From: Candidatus Omnitrophota bacterium
GTDB lineage: Bacteria; Omnitrophota; Gorgyraeia; 1-14-0-20-64-10
NCBI GenBank assembly: GCA_023818695.1
Contig: JAMWCF010000001.1
Coordinates: forward strand, 275,306 to 339,305
Reading direction: 5' to 3'
Length of the DNA: 64,000 nt
Of the stretch, positions 18,124 to 26,677 are shown piece by piece (position 1 is the first letter of the stretch; each line of letters starts with the position of its first letter). The position numbers were made by a program, and so were the translations under genes. The notes beneath the pieces are model-generated. The model was not told where the DNA came from, made no database searches, and saw only the letters and a list, made by a program, of their open reading frames with translations.

Positions 18124-19502
18124 AGCGGCCTGTCCTCCTTGCGTTGGCGGTCGCCCTCTGGGCGGTCTGCCGGTTCTTGGTCCCAGCGGGAATGCCGTTG
18201 CTGCTTGCCGGTCTTGGTTTCGTGTTGACGCGGCGGGCCTGCAGGGCATTCCTCCTCGATCCCTCTTCAGAAAGAGTCGTCCTGGCTTCTTATGTGGTCA
18301 AGACCACCGCCTCCTTCCTGCTTTACGGCATCTCCCTGTTCTCCCTGCCAGTCCTCCAATCATTGCAGCTTGGAAACGGATTCTGGTCGATCGCCTGGGA
18401 TGGGGTGGCGTACCACCAATACGCGCAAGTCATGCGGCAAGCCCTGCTCCACCTGGACTTCTCGGCGGTTCAAGCGCTCCGGCTGCCGGCCGGCACCATC
18501 TCCATGTCGGGATACCTGGGCGGAATCTACCTGCTGGCCGGCTCCACGCCGCTGAACGGAATCCTCTTGAACAGCTGGTGGGCAACGGCGGGGCTTATCG
18601 CCGCTTTTCTACTGGCCGTACAGCTGCGCATCCCCTCCGGGTCGATCCCCACAATCCTCCTGCCGATCGCTTTCTGGCCCTCCGCCATTCTCTGGTCGAC
18701 CCAGCTTCTGAAAGACGTTATCATCCTCTCCCTGGTCCTCATCACCTGCGCGCTGTTCCTCTTTCTCTGGCACCCAGGGGAAGAGGAACGCCGCATGAAC
18801 CGGATGGGATGGCTCTTCCTGACTCTTTCGGTCCTCCTTCTTTCCACTTTCAGAAATTACACGTCCCTCATCCTGGCTTCCTGCATCTTTTTGGATTTTC
18901 TCTTTTTCGCCGTCTGGAAGTCGAAAACCTACGGACCCAGGGCACTCCTGCGCGGTGCCGGACTGACGGCGATCATTCTCACCTGTTCGATCAGTGGCTC
19001 CGCCATCGTTATCCGGGAGATCGGCATGGGGATGAAAGAGAAAAGCATTGCCGGCCTCTCGCAGCGCCTGCCGGAGTATGCCGGAGAACTGCGCAGAGGG
19101 CTCATGAAAACTCCAGGCTCTGCCCTAGTGGCGCCTGACCAGCCGCCGGCCCAGATATCCTACCGGGCTGCAGATATCAGCCGAAACCTGGCGGCTGCCT
19201 TTTTCGCCCCTTTCCCCTGGCAATGGAAGAAGGAAGGGAATTGGTCGCTGATGAGGGTCGCCGCCGGTCTGGAGGCGCTGTTGATCTATCCGCTGGTGAT
19301 TGGTCTTCTGATCTCATTGCCCCGTTTTTCGGTCCTGCAGGAAGGGCAGGGGTTCTTCCTGCTTCTGTTCGTCATCGTTCTGCCAACCACTTTGAGTGCG
19401 GTGATCCCGAACTTCGGATCGATGGCCCGGCTGCGGCTCCAATTCATTCTGCCGATGATCCTGCTCCTTGGAAAACTCCGGATGGCTTCTTCAAACAGTT
19501 AG
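18120..19502 (+). CDS. Polytopic integral membrane protein, uncharacterised (paralog of 51348..53540; polymerase or GT-C-like candidate)
   Basis: At least 10 hydrophobic segments. Shares WPSAILWSTQLLKDVII and the C-terminal IPNFGSMARLRLQFILPMILLL with the 730-aa protein at 51348. ATGA overlap with the upstream gene. Confidence 0.65.
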   Translation: MKRPVLLALAVALWAVCRFLVPAGMPLLLAGLGFVLTRRACRAFLLDPSSERVVLASYVVKTTASFLLYGISLFSLPVLQSLQLGNGFWSIAWDGVAYHQYAQVMRQALLHLDFSAVQALRLPAGTISMSGYLGGIYLLAGSTPLNGILLNSWWATAGLIAAFLLAVQLRIPSGSIPTILLPIAFWPSAILWSTQLLKDVIILSLVLITCALFLFLWHPGEEERRMNRMGWLFLTLSVLLLSTFRNYTSLILASCIFLDFLFFAVWKSKTYGPRALLRGAGLTAIILTCSISGSAIVIREIGMGMKEKSIAGLSQRLPEYAGELRRGLMKTPGSALVAPDQPPAQISYRAADISRNLAAAFFAPFPWQWKKEGNWSLMRVAAGLEALLIYPLVIGLLISLPRFSVLQEGQGFFLLLFVIVLPTTLSAVIPNFGSMARLRLQFILPMILLLGKLRMASSNS

Positions 19503-19518
19503 ACCGGTCTTAAAATCC

Positions 19519-19564
19519 TTGACATCTGCGCGGGGGCATTGTACGTTCATAAAATGAACATGCA
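19519..19564 (+). promoter_or_regulatory. Candidate promoter (-35 TTGACA) overlapping an inverted repeat (candidate operator) upstream of the wHTH regulator
   Basis: Perfect TTGACA at 19519..19524. A weak -10 (TACGTT) follows after a 17-nt spacer. Perfect palindrome GTTCAT-AAA-ATGAAC at 19545..19559, extendable to 11-nt arms (9/11 matches) at 19540..19564. Lies in the only intergenic gap over 60 nt in the window. Confidence 0.35.
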
Positions 19565-19589
19565 GTGTAACTTCCGCTAACTCAAACAG

Positions 19590-20240
19590 ATGAAACCAGA
19601 TTCCTTCCGGGAATTGAAGGTTTTAGAGGAGATTTCCAGCAACACCGCCTCCACCCAGCGCCACCTGGCCCAGAAGCTCGGGGTCGCGCTGGGGCTGACC
19701 AACCTTATGATCAGGCGCTGCATTCAAAAAGGGTATCTGAAAGCGGTCAATGTCCGGAAAAACAGGATCCAATACCTCCTCACCCCAAAAGGGGTCGCCG
19801 AAAAGACCCGGTTAACCATCGAATACCTGGAATACTCCATGCACCTCTACCGCCGGGTCCGCCAGATCCTGAAGGAAACCCTGCAGGCCGTTTCGAAAAA
19901 CGGCGGGAAAACGATCGTCTTCTTCGGACGGGGGGAGCTGTCGGAGATCACCTATCTGTCCGTCAAGGAAGCCGGCCTGAATATGGTAGCGATCGTCGAC
20001 GATCAGACCTGCGGAGAATCGTTTCTCGGCCTGCCCGTCATCGAAACAAAAGCGCTGGCCCTCGTGCCGTTTGACTGCGGGATCGTCAGCTCCCTTAACA
20101 GCGGATGGGACAAGTCGAGCAAACAACTGGCCCGGTTCGGGATCCCGGAGGAAAAGATTATCGTGATCGAGCAGAATGGGGCCCAGATCAAGGCGGTCCC
20201 CTTCAAACAGAAAACGGAGCAGGAGCTGGTTCCTCTGTGA
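19590..20240 (+). CDS. Winged-helix (MarR-like, EPS-locus type) transcriptional regulator fused to a C-terminal Rossmann-like domain
   Basis: N-terminus LKVLEEISSNTASTQRHLAQKLGVALGLTNLMIRRCIQKGYLKAVNV...YLLTPKGVAEKTRL reads as a wHTH. C-terminus TIVFFGRGELSEITYLSVKEAGLNMVAIVDDQTCGESFLGLPV resembles the nucleotide-binding-like segment of sugar-transferase and CapD N-termini. Confidence 0.7.
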   Translation: MKPDSFRELKVLEEISSNTASTQRHLAQKLGVALGLTNLMIRRCIQKGYLKAVNVRKNRIQYLLTPKGVAEKTRLTIEYLEYSMHLYRRVRQILKETLQAVSKNGGKTIVFFGRGELSEITYLSVKEAGLNMVAIVDDQTCGESFLGLPVIETKALALVPFDCGIVSSLNSGWDKSSKQLARFGIPEEKIIVIEQNGAQIKAVPFKQKTEQELVPL

Positions 20241-21265
20241 GAGAAACCTCTGTGGTGTTCCGGGTGGCGGGTTCTCCCAGCGGAGGATTCGGGCATATCC
20301 GCCGATGCTGGACCCTGGCTTCACACCTCCGGAATTTCGTCGGGAGGATCGGTTTCATCGCCTCCACCCCGGAGGCGGCACAGGTTCTCCGGAAAGCCGG
20401 CTTCGAAACCTGCGAAGAACCCTCTCCTTCAAGCATCGAAACCACCCTTCGGGTACTGCACCTGATTCCTTCGAAAAAACTCTGCGTGGCGGACGACCCC
20501 TCCCTGACAACGAGCGATCTGGAAAGGTTGAGCAAGGCGGCGGCAACCATCTGTATCGACGATACCTGTGAAAGGGAATTCCCGGTCGAGATGGCCATCA
20601 ACGGATCGGCCGGGGCCCAGTCGCTGCCGTACCGTGGCAGGAGGGACACCCGGTTCCTGCTCGGATCCGATTACATCATGCTGCGCCCCTGCTTCGAGCA
20701 TCCCCCTCAGCGCCGCTGGACCCATGAGCCGCCGAAGAGGATCCTGGTTCTGACAGGCGGAGGGGAAGCCGGGCCCCTTTCGGAAATGATTGTCCGAATC
20801 GTGCGCGGATCTCTTCCGAAGATCCGCATCGATGTCGTGGGCGGGCCCCTTGGTTTTGGAATTTCGAAGACAGCGGAGCAGACCGCCGGCGTCACGGCGC
20901 ACCGGAACCCCGACGACATCCGCTCCCTCATGCTGGCGGCCGACATCGCAGTCAGCGGAGGAGGCCAAACCGCCTATGAGCTGGCCGCCACAGCCACTCC
21001 CACCCTTGGAATCCTGGCGGCTCCCAACCAGCATGTGAACCTCAAGGGGCTCGCCTCGGCGGGAACCCTCCAGGACCTGGGATCTCCGGAGGACCCGGCC
21101 TTCGAAAAAAAATTAAGAGAAGCGGTTCTTCATCTGGCCGGCGACCCGCACAAACGCAGATGGATGGGAGAGGCCGGCAGATTCCTGGTGGACGGAAAAG
21201 GGACTCGGCGGGTCGCGGATGAAATCCTTCATTTGATCGAAGAAAAAGAGCTGACCCGGTCATGA
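20237..21265 (+). CDS. pseG: UDP-2,4-diacetamido-2,4,6-trideoxy-hexose hydrolase-like (PseG-like, GT28-type fold)
   Basis: VFRVAGSPSGGFGHIRRCWTLASHL matches the PseG N-terminal GxGHxxRC pattern. LVLTGGGE and SGGGQTAYELAA are also present. GTG 20237 overlaps the regulator stop; GTG 20252 and 20255 are alternatives. Confidence 0.6.
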   Translation: MRETSVVFRVAGSPSGGFGHIRRCWTLASHLRNFVGRIGFIASTPEAAQVLRKAGFETCEEPSPSSIETTLRVLHLIPSKKLCVADDPSLTTSDLERLSKAAATICIDDTCEREFPVEMAINGSAGAQSLPYRGRRDTRFLLGSDYIMLRPCFEHPPQRRWTHEPPKRILVLTGGGEAGPLSEMIVRIVRGSLPKIRIDVVGGPLGFGISKTAEQTAGVTAHRNPDDIRSLMLAADIAVSGGGQTAYELAATATPTLGILAAPNQHVNLKGLASAGTLQDLGSPEDPAFEKKLREAVLHLAGDPHKRRWMGEAGRFLVDGKGTRRVADEILHLIEEKELTRS

Positions 21266-22188
21266 AAAACGGCGAACAAGGAAAGAGCCGGCTGCTAATC
21301 ACCGGGGTAACCGGACTTCTGGGCAACACGCTGGTCCGAGAGGCCGCTCCTTCCTCCTATGAGGTCCTGGGGATCGCCAGACAGCCGGCGAAAGCGGTCC
21401 CACCCTGCGCCGCGCAGGCCGCAGACATCCTCGACGCGAACGCGCTGGAAAAGATCATATCCTCTTTCCAACCGAACATCGTCGTCCACACCGCGGCAAT
21501 GACCTCCGTGGACCGCTGCCAGGCTGATCCCCAAATGGCAGAGCTGATCAACGTCAAAGGGACCGAAAATCTGCTGCGCTGCCTGACCGATTCCCCATGC
21601 CGGTTCGTTTTCCTCTCCACCGATTCCGTCTTCGACGGCCGGAAGGGGAATTACACGGAGGAAGATCCTGTGGCCCCTCTCCATGTGTACGGGAAAACGA
21701 AACGGAAAGCCGAAGAGCTGATCCTGAAAGAAAGGCCGAAATCCTCCCTCATCATCCGGACCGCCTTTTACGGCTGGAACGTCCTGCCAGACAACAACTC
21801 CCTGGCCGAGTGGATCCTCTCGAACCTGCAGGAGGGCAAGCCGTTCAAGGGATTCGTGGACCTGCTCTTCTCACCGATTCTGACGAACCATCTGGCGCAG
21901 GGAATCCTGGACCTGGCCGACCAGCCGGTGTCGGGGATCGTCCATCTGGCCGGATCGGAGGGGTGCTCGAAATACGAGTTCGCCAGGCAGCTGGCCTCCC
22001 TGTTCGGCTTCCGGCAGGAGCTGATCATTCCGGTCGAAAGCCGAAACGTGAAACTGAAGGTGACCCGGCCGCGCGACGTGACCTTGAACGTCGAAAAGGC
22101 ACAGCAGCTGCTGGAGAGGCCCATGCCGGGGTTGTTGGACGGACTGCGGCTCTTCCAGGCGCTCAAACAGGCGGTGACGACTTCATGA
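21262..22188 (+). CDS. RmlD-like NDP-4-keto-6-deoxy-sugar reductase (SDR)
   Basis: LLITGVTGLLGNTL, STDSVFDGRKGNYTEEDPVAPLHVYGKTKRKAE (RmlD substrate-binding-domain pattern with YxxxK). ATGA overlap upstream. Confidence 0.8.
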   Translation: MKNGEQGKSRLLITGVTGLLGNTLVREAAPSSYEVLGIARQPAKAVPPCAAQAADILDANALEKIISSFQPNIVVHTAAMTSVDRCQADPQMAELINVKGTENLLRCLTDSPCRFVFLSTDSVFDGRKGNYTEEDPVAPLHVYGKTKRKAEELILKERPKSSLIIRTAFYGWNVLPDNNSLAEWILSNLQEGKPFKGFVDLLFSPILTNHLAQGILDLADQPVSGIVHLAGSEGCSKYEFARQLASLFGFRQELIIPVESRNVKLKVTRPRDVTLNVEKAQQLLERPMPGLLDGLRLFQALKQAVTTS

Positions 22189-23900
22189 AAATCCTCGGGA
22201 TCTCATTCCTAGCTGACGCCTCGGCGGCCCTTCTGATCGACGGGAAGGTGGTCGCCGCCGTCGCGGAGGAACGGCTCAACCGGATCAAGCTCTGGAACGG
22301 CATCCCGAAAAGATCGGTGCAGGCGGTGCTCGATATCGCCGGGCTCACAATGGACCAGATCGACCTGATCGCCACGCACGGCGCGGCTCCGCCTGAACCG
22401 GACCCCGCTCCCTTTCTGGAAAAGGAGCAGCTGATCCGGGAATCGGGGCTGACCGCAGAAGAAAAGGATCGGCAACTGGCCCACCTGCGCAGCCGGCTGG
22501 AACATGAGCGGATGGTGCTGGGCACACGAACGCCGGCTTACCTGGATGAAATTCGGACGTACGGCCGGCCTCTGGCAGTCTACGGCCATCACCAGGCCCA
22601 TGCCGCCTGCGCTTATTACGGTTCCGGCTGGACAGAGTGCCTGATTATGACGGTGGACGGATGGGGAGAGGACGGTTCCGGCTCCATCTGGAAAGGGGCC
22701 GGCGGTTCCATCCAACCTGTGAGCCGGACCCCCTCCATCGACTCCCTTGGCTACTTCTACGGCAGCATCACGAAAGCGCTCGGCTTCATCCCGCACCGGC
22801 ATGAGGGAAAAGTGCTTGGACTGGCCGCCTACAACCAAAACCCCGTGTCCTACCCGAAAATCCGGCAGATGATGGATTACGACCCGGCCAGAAAGAGATT
22901 CGTCTCCCGGATGGAAAACGGTCTCTACGTTCCACGGTTCGAAAATCCAGCGCTCAAGGAGTACATCGGACGCTTCAACAGGGAGGACGTCGCCTCCGCC
23001 GCGCAGAAGACCCTGGAAGAGGTGGTCCGGGCTTGCGTGCTGGATCAGGGTGAGGCGGCCGGCAGGATTGCGGTGGCCGGCGGAGTCTTCGCGAACGTCA
23101 AGCTCAACCAGCGGCTGTGCGAACTGCCGAACGTCCGGGAGGTTTATGTCTTCCCAAACATGGGCGACGGCGGATTGGCTGTCGGGACCGCCTGGCTGGC
23201 CTATAAGGAGAAGACAGGCCGGATCCCTGAACCGCTGGAGACCCTTTACCTGGGACCGGGCCCCGCGGAGAAGGAGATCGCCCGCGCCCTCTCCCAGAGC
23301 GGATTGAACTACAAGCATATCCCGGACAGGATCGAAGAGAAAGTGGCCGAACTGCTGGCGGATGGGCAGATCGTGGCCCGGTTCGACGGGCGGATGGAGT
23401 TCGGACCCAGGGCGCTGGGCAACCGGAGCATCCTCTGCCAGGCGACCGACCCGACCATCAACGACTGGCTGAACAAGCGGCTCCAGCGGTCGGAGTTCAT
23501 GCCTTTCGCGCCGGCCACCCTGGCGGAGGATGCGGACGCCCGCTACATCGGCATCGCCTCCGCTCGGAAACCGGCCCGCCACATGACGATCACCTTCGAC
23601 TGTACCCCCCTTCTGCGCTCCGAGGCGCCGGCGGCGGTCCACGTGGACGGAACGGCCCGGCCGCAGGTCGTCTCCGAAAAGGACAACCCCCAGTTTTACC
23701 GGATCCTGAAGCATTACAAACAGCTGACCGGCAGGGCGAGCGTCATCAACACCAGTTTCAACATGCACGAGGAACCGATCGTCTGCACGATCGATGACGC
23801 AATCCGGGCGGTGCAGGCGGGACACCTGCCTTACCTGGCGGCCGGCGATTTCCTGGCGGAGCTGAATCCGGTGCCGGTTCGGGCGGGGGCAAAACCATGA
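22185..23900 (+). CDS. Carbamoyltransferase (NodU/CmcH/TobZ family)
   Basis: MKILGISFLADASAALLIDGKVVAAVAEERLNRIK, HHQAHAACAYY, and the C-terminal FMPFAPA...NTSFNMHEEPIVCT. ATG 22185 forms an ATGA overlap. The 21597..22184 part of the ORF is read-through over the upstream gene. Confidence 0.85.
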   Translation: MKILGISFLADASAALLIDGKVVAAVAEERLNRIKLWNGIPKRSVQAVLDIAGLTMDQIDLIATHGAAPPEPDPAPFLEKEQLIRESGLTAEEKDRQLAHLRSRLEHERMVLGTRTPAYLDEIRTYGRPLAVYGHHQAHAACAYYGSGWTECLIMTVDGWGEDGSGSIWKGAGGSIQPVSRTPSIDSLGYFYGSITKALGFIPHRHEGKVLGLAAYNQNPVSYPKIRQMMDYDPARKRFVSRMENGLYVPRFENPALKEYIGRFNREDVASAAQKTLEEVVRACVLDQGEAAGRIAVAGGVFANVKLNQRLCELPNVREVYVFPNMGDGGLAVGTAWLAYKEKTGRIPEPLETLYLGPGPAEKEIARALSQSGLNYKHIPDRIEEKVAELLADGQIVARFDGRMEFGPRALGNRSILCQATDPTINDWLNKRLQRSEFMPFAPATLAEDADARYIGIASARKPARHMTITFDCTPLLRSEAPAAVHVDGTARPQVVSEKDNPQFYRILKHYKQLTGRASVINTSFNMHEEPIVCTIDDAIRAVQAGHLPYLAAGDFLAELNPVPVRAGAKP

Positions 23901-24940
23901 GACAAGAGATCCAGATCCGGGACAGGGTGATCGGCCAGGAGCGGCCGCTGTTCATCATGGCGGAGTGCGGGGTCACCTGCAACTACGACATGTCGATCAC
24001 CAGGGAACTGATCGACGCGGTGAAGGAGGCGGGGGCGGACGCTATCAAGCTGATCTTCTGGTTCCCGGACGAGATCATGAGCGACAAAACGATCACCTAC
24101 AGCTACGAGACCCTCGAGGGCCCCAAAAGCGAAAACATGCACCGGATGCTCAACCGCCTTCGCTTCACCTTCGAGCAGTGGATGGAGATCAAATCGTATG
24201 CCGACAGGAAAGGGGTAATCCTTTTCTCCACGGTCAACTCCCCCTCCGGCATCGAGTGGGCCGAGAAGCTGGGGCTGGAGGCGTACAAATTGAGCTCCTG
24301 GGACTACAACTACTTTCCCCTCTGGAGGAGGATCGCCGCGCTGGGCAAACCGATGCTGATCGATACCGGCCCGGTCGACACGCTGGACGCGGCAAAGGCA
24401 ATCGAGCTGATGCAGGAGGAGGGCAACGACCAGTCGGTGCTGGTCCACTGCTGTCACGCCGACACCTACGAGGAGCTGAACATGGCCACCATCCCGTACC
24501 TGCGGGAGACGTTCCAAACGCTGGCCGGCTACTCCTCCCGGGACCGCAACCCTGTCCCCGACATCATGGCGGTCACCCTGGGGGCCTGCGTCCTGGAGAA
24601 ACGGCTGACGATGAGCCGGACCCTGCCGGGACACCACCATGTCCTGTCGCTGGAACCGAAGGAGTTCGCGGAGCATGTCCGGGTCCTGCGCCAGGTGCAG
24701 ACCGGCATCGGGAAACCGGACCTGATCCCCAGCAAAGCAGACCTGCATGAAAGAAAACGGTGGTTCAGGCATCTGACGGCCCGGGTTCCGATCAAGAAGG
24801 GAACCGTTCTGACACCCGACCTCCTGGAGGGGATGCGGCCGGAGCAGGGGATCTCGCCGGAATACCTGGAGTATTTCCTCTGGAAACCGGCGCAGAGGGA
24901 CCTGCAGGAGAACGAAGCGATCGGGTGGAACGATGTCTGA
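23897..24940 (+). CDS. Divergent NeuB/PseI-family paralog with SAF domain; canonical active-site motifs substituted
   Basis: Colinear with the two canonical synthases in this window, but key motifs differ. AECGVTCNYD replaces AE(I/A)xxNHxG. IKLIFW replaces xKFQ. GYSSRD replaces GLSDH. LEKRLTMSR replaces EKH(F/L)TL. The SAF-like tail VPIKKGTVLTPDLLEGMRP is retained. Confidence 0.7.
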   Translation: MRQEIQIRDRVIGQERPLFIMAECGVTCNYDMSITRELIDAVKEAGADAIKLIFWFPDEIMSDKTITYSYETLEGPKSENMHRMLNRLRFTFEQWMEIKSYADRKGVILFSTVNSPSGIEWAEKLGLEAYKLSSWDYNYFPLWRRIAALGKPMLIDTGPVDTLDAAKAIELMQEEGNDQSVLVHCCHADTYEELNMATIPYLRETFQTLAGYSSRDRNPVPDIMAVTLGACVLEKRLTMSRTLPGHHHVLSLEPKEFAEHVRVLRQVQTGIGKPDLIPSKADLHERKRWFRHLTARVPIKKGTVLTPDLLEGMRPEQGISPEYLEYFLWKPAQRDLQENEAIGWNDV

Positions 24941-25649
24941 AAAAGGACGGCTTGCCTGTCTCATACCGGCCCGGGGAGGATCGAAGAGATTCCCCGGCAA
25001 GAACATTGCTCCCTTAAGAGGCAAACCGGTGATCGGCTATGCCATCGAGGCGGCCATCGCTTCTCGCCTCTTCCCGGAGGTCTGGGTTTCAACCGACGAC
25101 CAAGCTATCACCGAGGCCGCCTCCCGCTTCGGCGCCCGGATCCATCGCAGGCCCGCGCCGCTGGCCGGGGATTCGGCCCGGCTGGCCGATGTCTGCCTGG
25201 ACTTCTCGGAATGGCTCGCCGGACAGGGAAAACCGGCTGACACCCTCTGCCTGATCCTTCCGACAGCGGCGCTGATGCTTCCGGAGGACCTGACAGGCGG
25301 GCTGGCGCTGATGAAGGAGCGGGAGGCCGATTTCTGCCAGGCGGTCACCTCTTTCATGGAGCCGCCGTTTTGGGCGATGGAGGAGAGAGGCGGGTACCTG
25401 AAGATGGTCTTCGGGGACAAATACCTGGTCGCCTCGCAGAAACTCCCCCCTGTCTGGGTCGACAGCGGCTATTTCTACTTCATGAAGCTGGATGCGCTCA
25501 AGCGGGAGAACCGGCTCTTCGGCGACAAGGCGGTCGGATGGAAGATCCCGCGGGAACGGTCGGTAGACATCGATGAGCCGGGGCACCTGGTAATCGCGGA
25601 GGCGCTGATGGAGGCGCTGGATCGGAAAAAGGCGGAGGTAGTGAGATGA
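24933..25649 (+). CDS. pseF: Pseudaminic-acid-type (nonulosonate) cytidylyltransferase
   Basis: LACLIPARGGSKRFPGKNIAPLRGKPVIGYAIEAAIASRLFPEVWVSTDDQAI follows the PseF/NeuA family pattern. Confidence 0.8.
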   Translation: MSEKGRLACLIPARGGSKRFPGKNIAPLRGKPVIGYAIEAAIASRLFPEVWVSTDDQAITEAASRFGARIHRRPAPLAGDSARLADVCLDFSEWLAGQGKPADTLCLILPTAALMLPEDLTGGLALMKEREADFCQAVTSFMEPPFWAMEERGGYLKMVFGDKYLVASQKLPPVWVDSGYFYFMKLDALKRENRLFGDKAVGWKIPRERSVDIDEPGHLVIAEALMEALDRKKAEVVR

Positions 25650-26677
25650 AGTTCCTCATCGTCGGCTGCGGCTCGATCGGCAGGCGTCATGCCTCCAACC
25701 TGCTGAAGCTCAAGGTGGGAGAGGTGATCGTCTGCGACACCGATCCGGCCCGGCTGGAAGAGATCAAGAAGGAACATGGACTCCGGGGCTTCGCCTCCTT
25801 GGAGGAGGCGCTTCGGGAGAAACCGGAGGCGGCCCTGATCTGCACGCCGACCCATCTGCATGTGCCGGCGGCGCTGGAATGCCTGAAGGCCGGCTGTCAC
25901 CTGTTCATCGAGAAGCCGGTCGCCACCTCTCTGGAGGAAGCTCGACGGCTCATTCCAGCGGCGCGCAATCGGGTCGTACTGACAGCTTGCAACATGCGGT
26001 TCCACCCAGGGGTTATTGCGCTGCATCAAAACCAAAAACTACTTCGACACCCTGTCTTATACAGAGCACGGTTCAGCCACTTTTTACCGAATTGGCGGCC
26101 GGAAACTCCCTATCAAAATACACAAAGCGCCATGACCGAACAGAGCGGGGGAATTATTCTCGAATGTATTCATGAAATCGATTATCTTCGCTGGCTGGCG
26201 GGGCCAATTAAGGGCGTGCGCGCTTTGATCAAATACGGTGTTCACAATCAAGATGAAACGCTCAAAGACATCAAGACGGCTGATTACGCGGTAGTGCTTG
26301 TTGATTTTCAATCCGGGGCAACAGGAGAGATCCGCCTGGATTACCTGCAGCATCCCAAAGAGCGCGGATGCGAAATCGTCAGCCCAGGAGACGGCTCTCT
26401 TTACTGGGGAAGCAAAAATAAACGTCCGGAGGAAGTCGTCGTATTCCACATCAGTAAGGACGGATTACCCAAACCGCTCCTTCCCCCGGATGATTCTTAT
26501 GATCCAAATGATATGTATATAAACGAGATGCGGCATTTTGTAGATTGTCTCGAAAGAAGGGCGGAACCGCTTGTCGGCCTGGATGAAGCGATAGAAACAC
26601 TTCAATGGGCGCTTGAAGCTGCGCGATATGAAATTCCAGAAGCGAAAGGGTATGTGGGCGCATCCATCTTAAAATGA
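25646..26677 (+). CDS. Gfo/Idh/MocA family oxidoreductase
   Basis: MKFLIVGCGSIGRRH Rossmann motif and CHLFIEKPVA (EKP motif). ATGA overlap upstream. The 3' two-thirds of the gene is visibly AT-richer. Confidence 0.8.
   Translation: MKFLIVGCGSIGRRHASNLLKLKVGEVIVCDTDPARLEEIKKEHGLRGFASLEEALREKPEAALICTPTHLHVPAALECLKAGCHLFIEKPVATSLEEARRLIPAARNRVVLTACNMRFHPGVIALHQNQKLLRHPVLYRARFSHFLPNWRPETPYQNTQSAMTEQSGGIILECIHEIDYLRWLAGPIKGVRALIKYGVHNQDETLKDIKTADYAVVLVDFQSGATGEIRLDYLQHPKERGCEIVSPGDGSLYWGSKNKRPEEVVVFHISKDGLPKPLLPPDDSYDPNDMYINEMRHFVDCLERRAEPLVGLDEAIETLQWALEAARYEIPEAKGYVGASILK

Noticed and set aside
19501-19510. Perfect 10-bp palindrome AGACCGGTCT at the stop codon of 18120..19502, considered as a terminator
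   Set aside because: A 5+5 palindrome with no loop cannot form a stable hairpin, and no U-tract follows.
21597-22184. Long N-terminal extensions in the ORF track (also 1537..1647, 6536..6610, 10707..10763, 12113..12238, 20105..20236, 28447..28638, 45349..45432, 46449..46514, 48338..48409, 57234..57593, 59404..59784)
   Set aside because: These segments overlap the well-supported upstream genes in another frame and are Arg/Pro/Gly-rich. Each is followed by an internal ATG or GTG that forms an ATGA/GTGA junction and gives a family-typical N-terminus.
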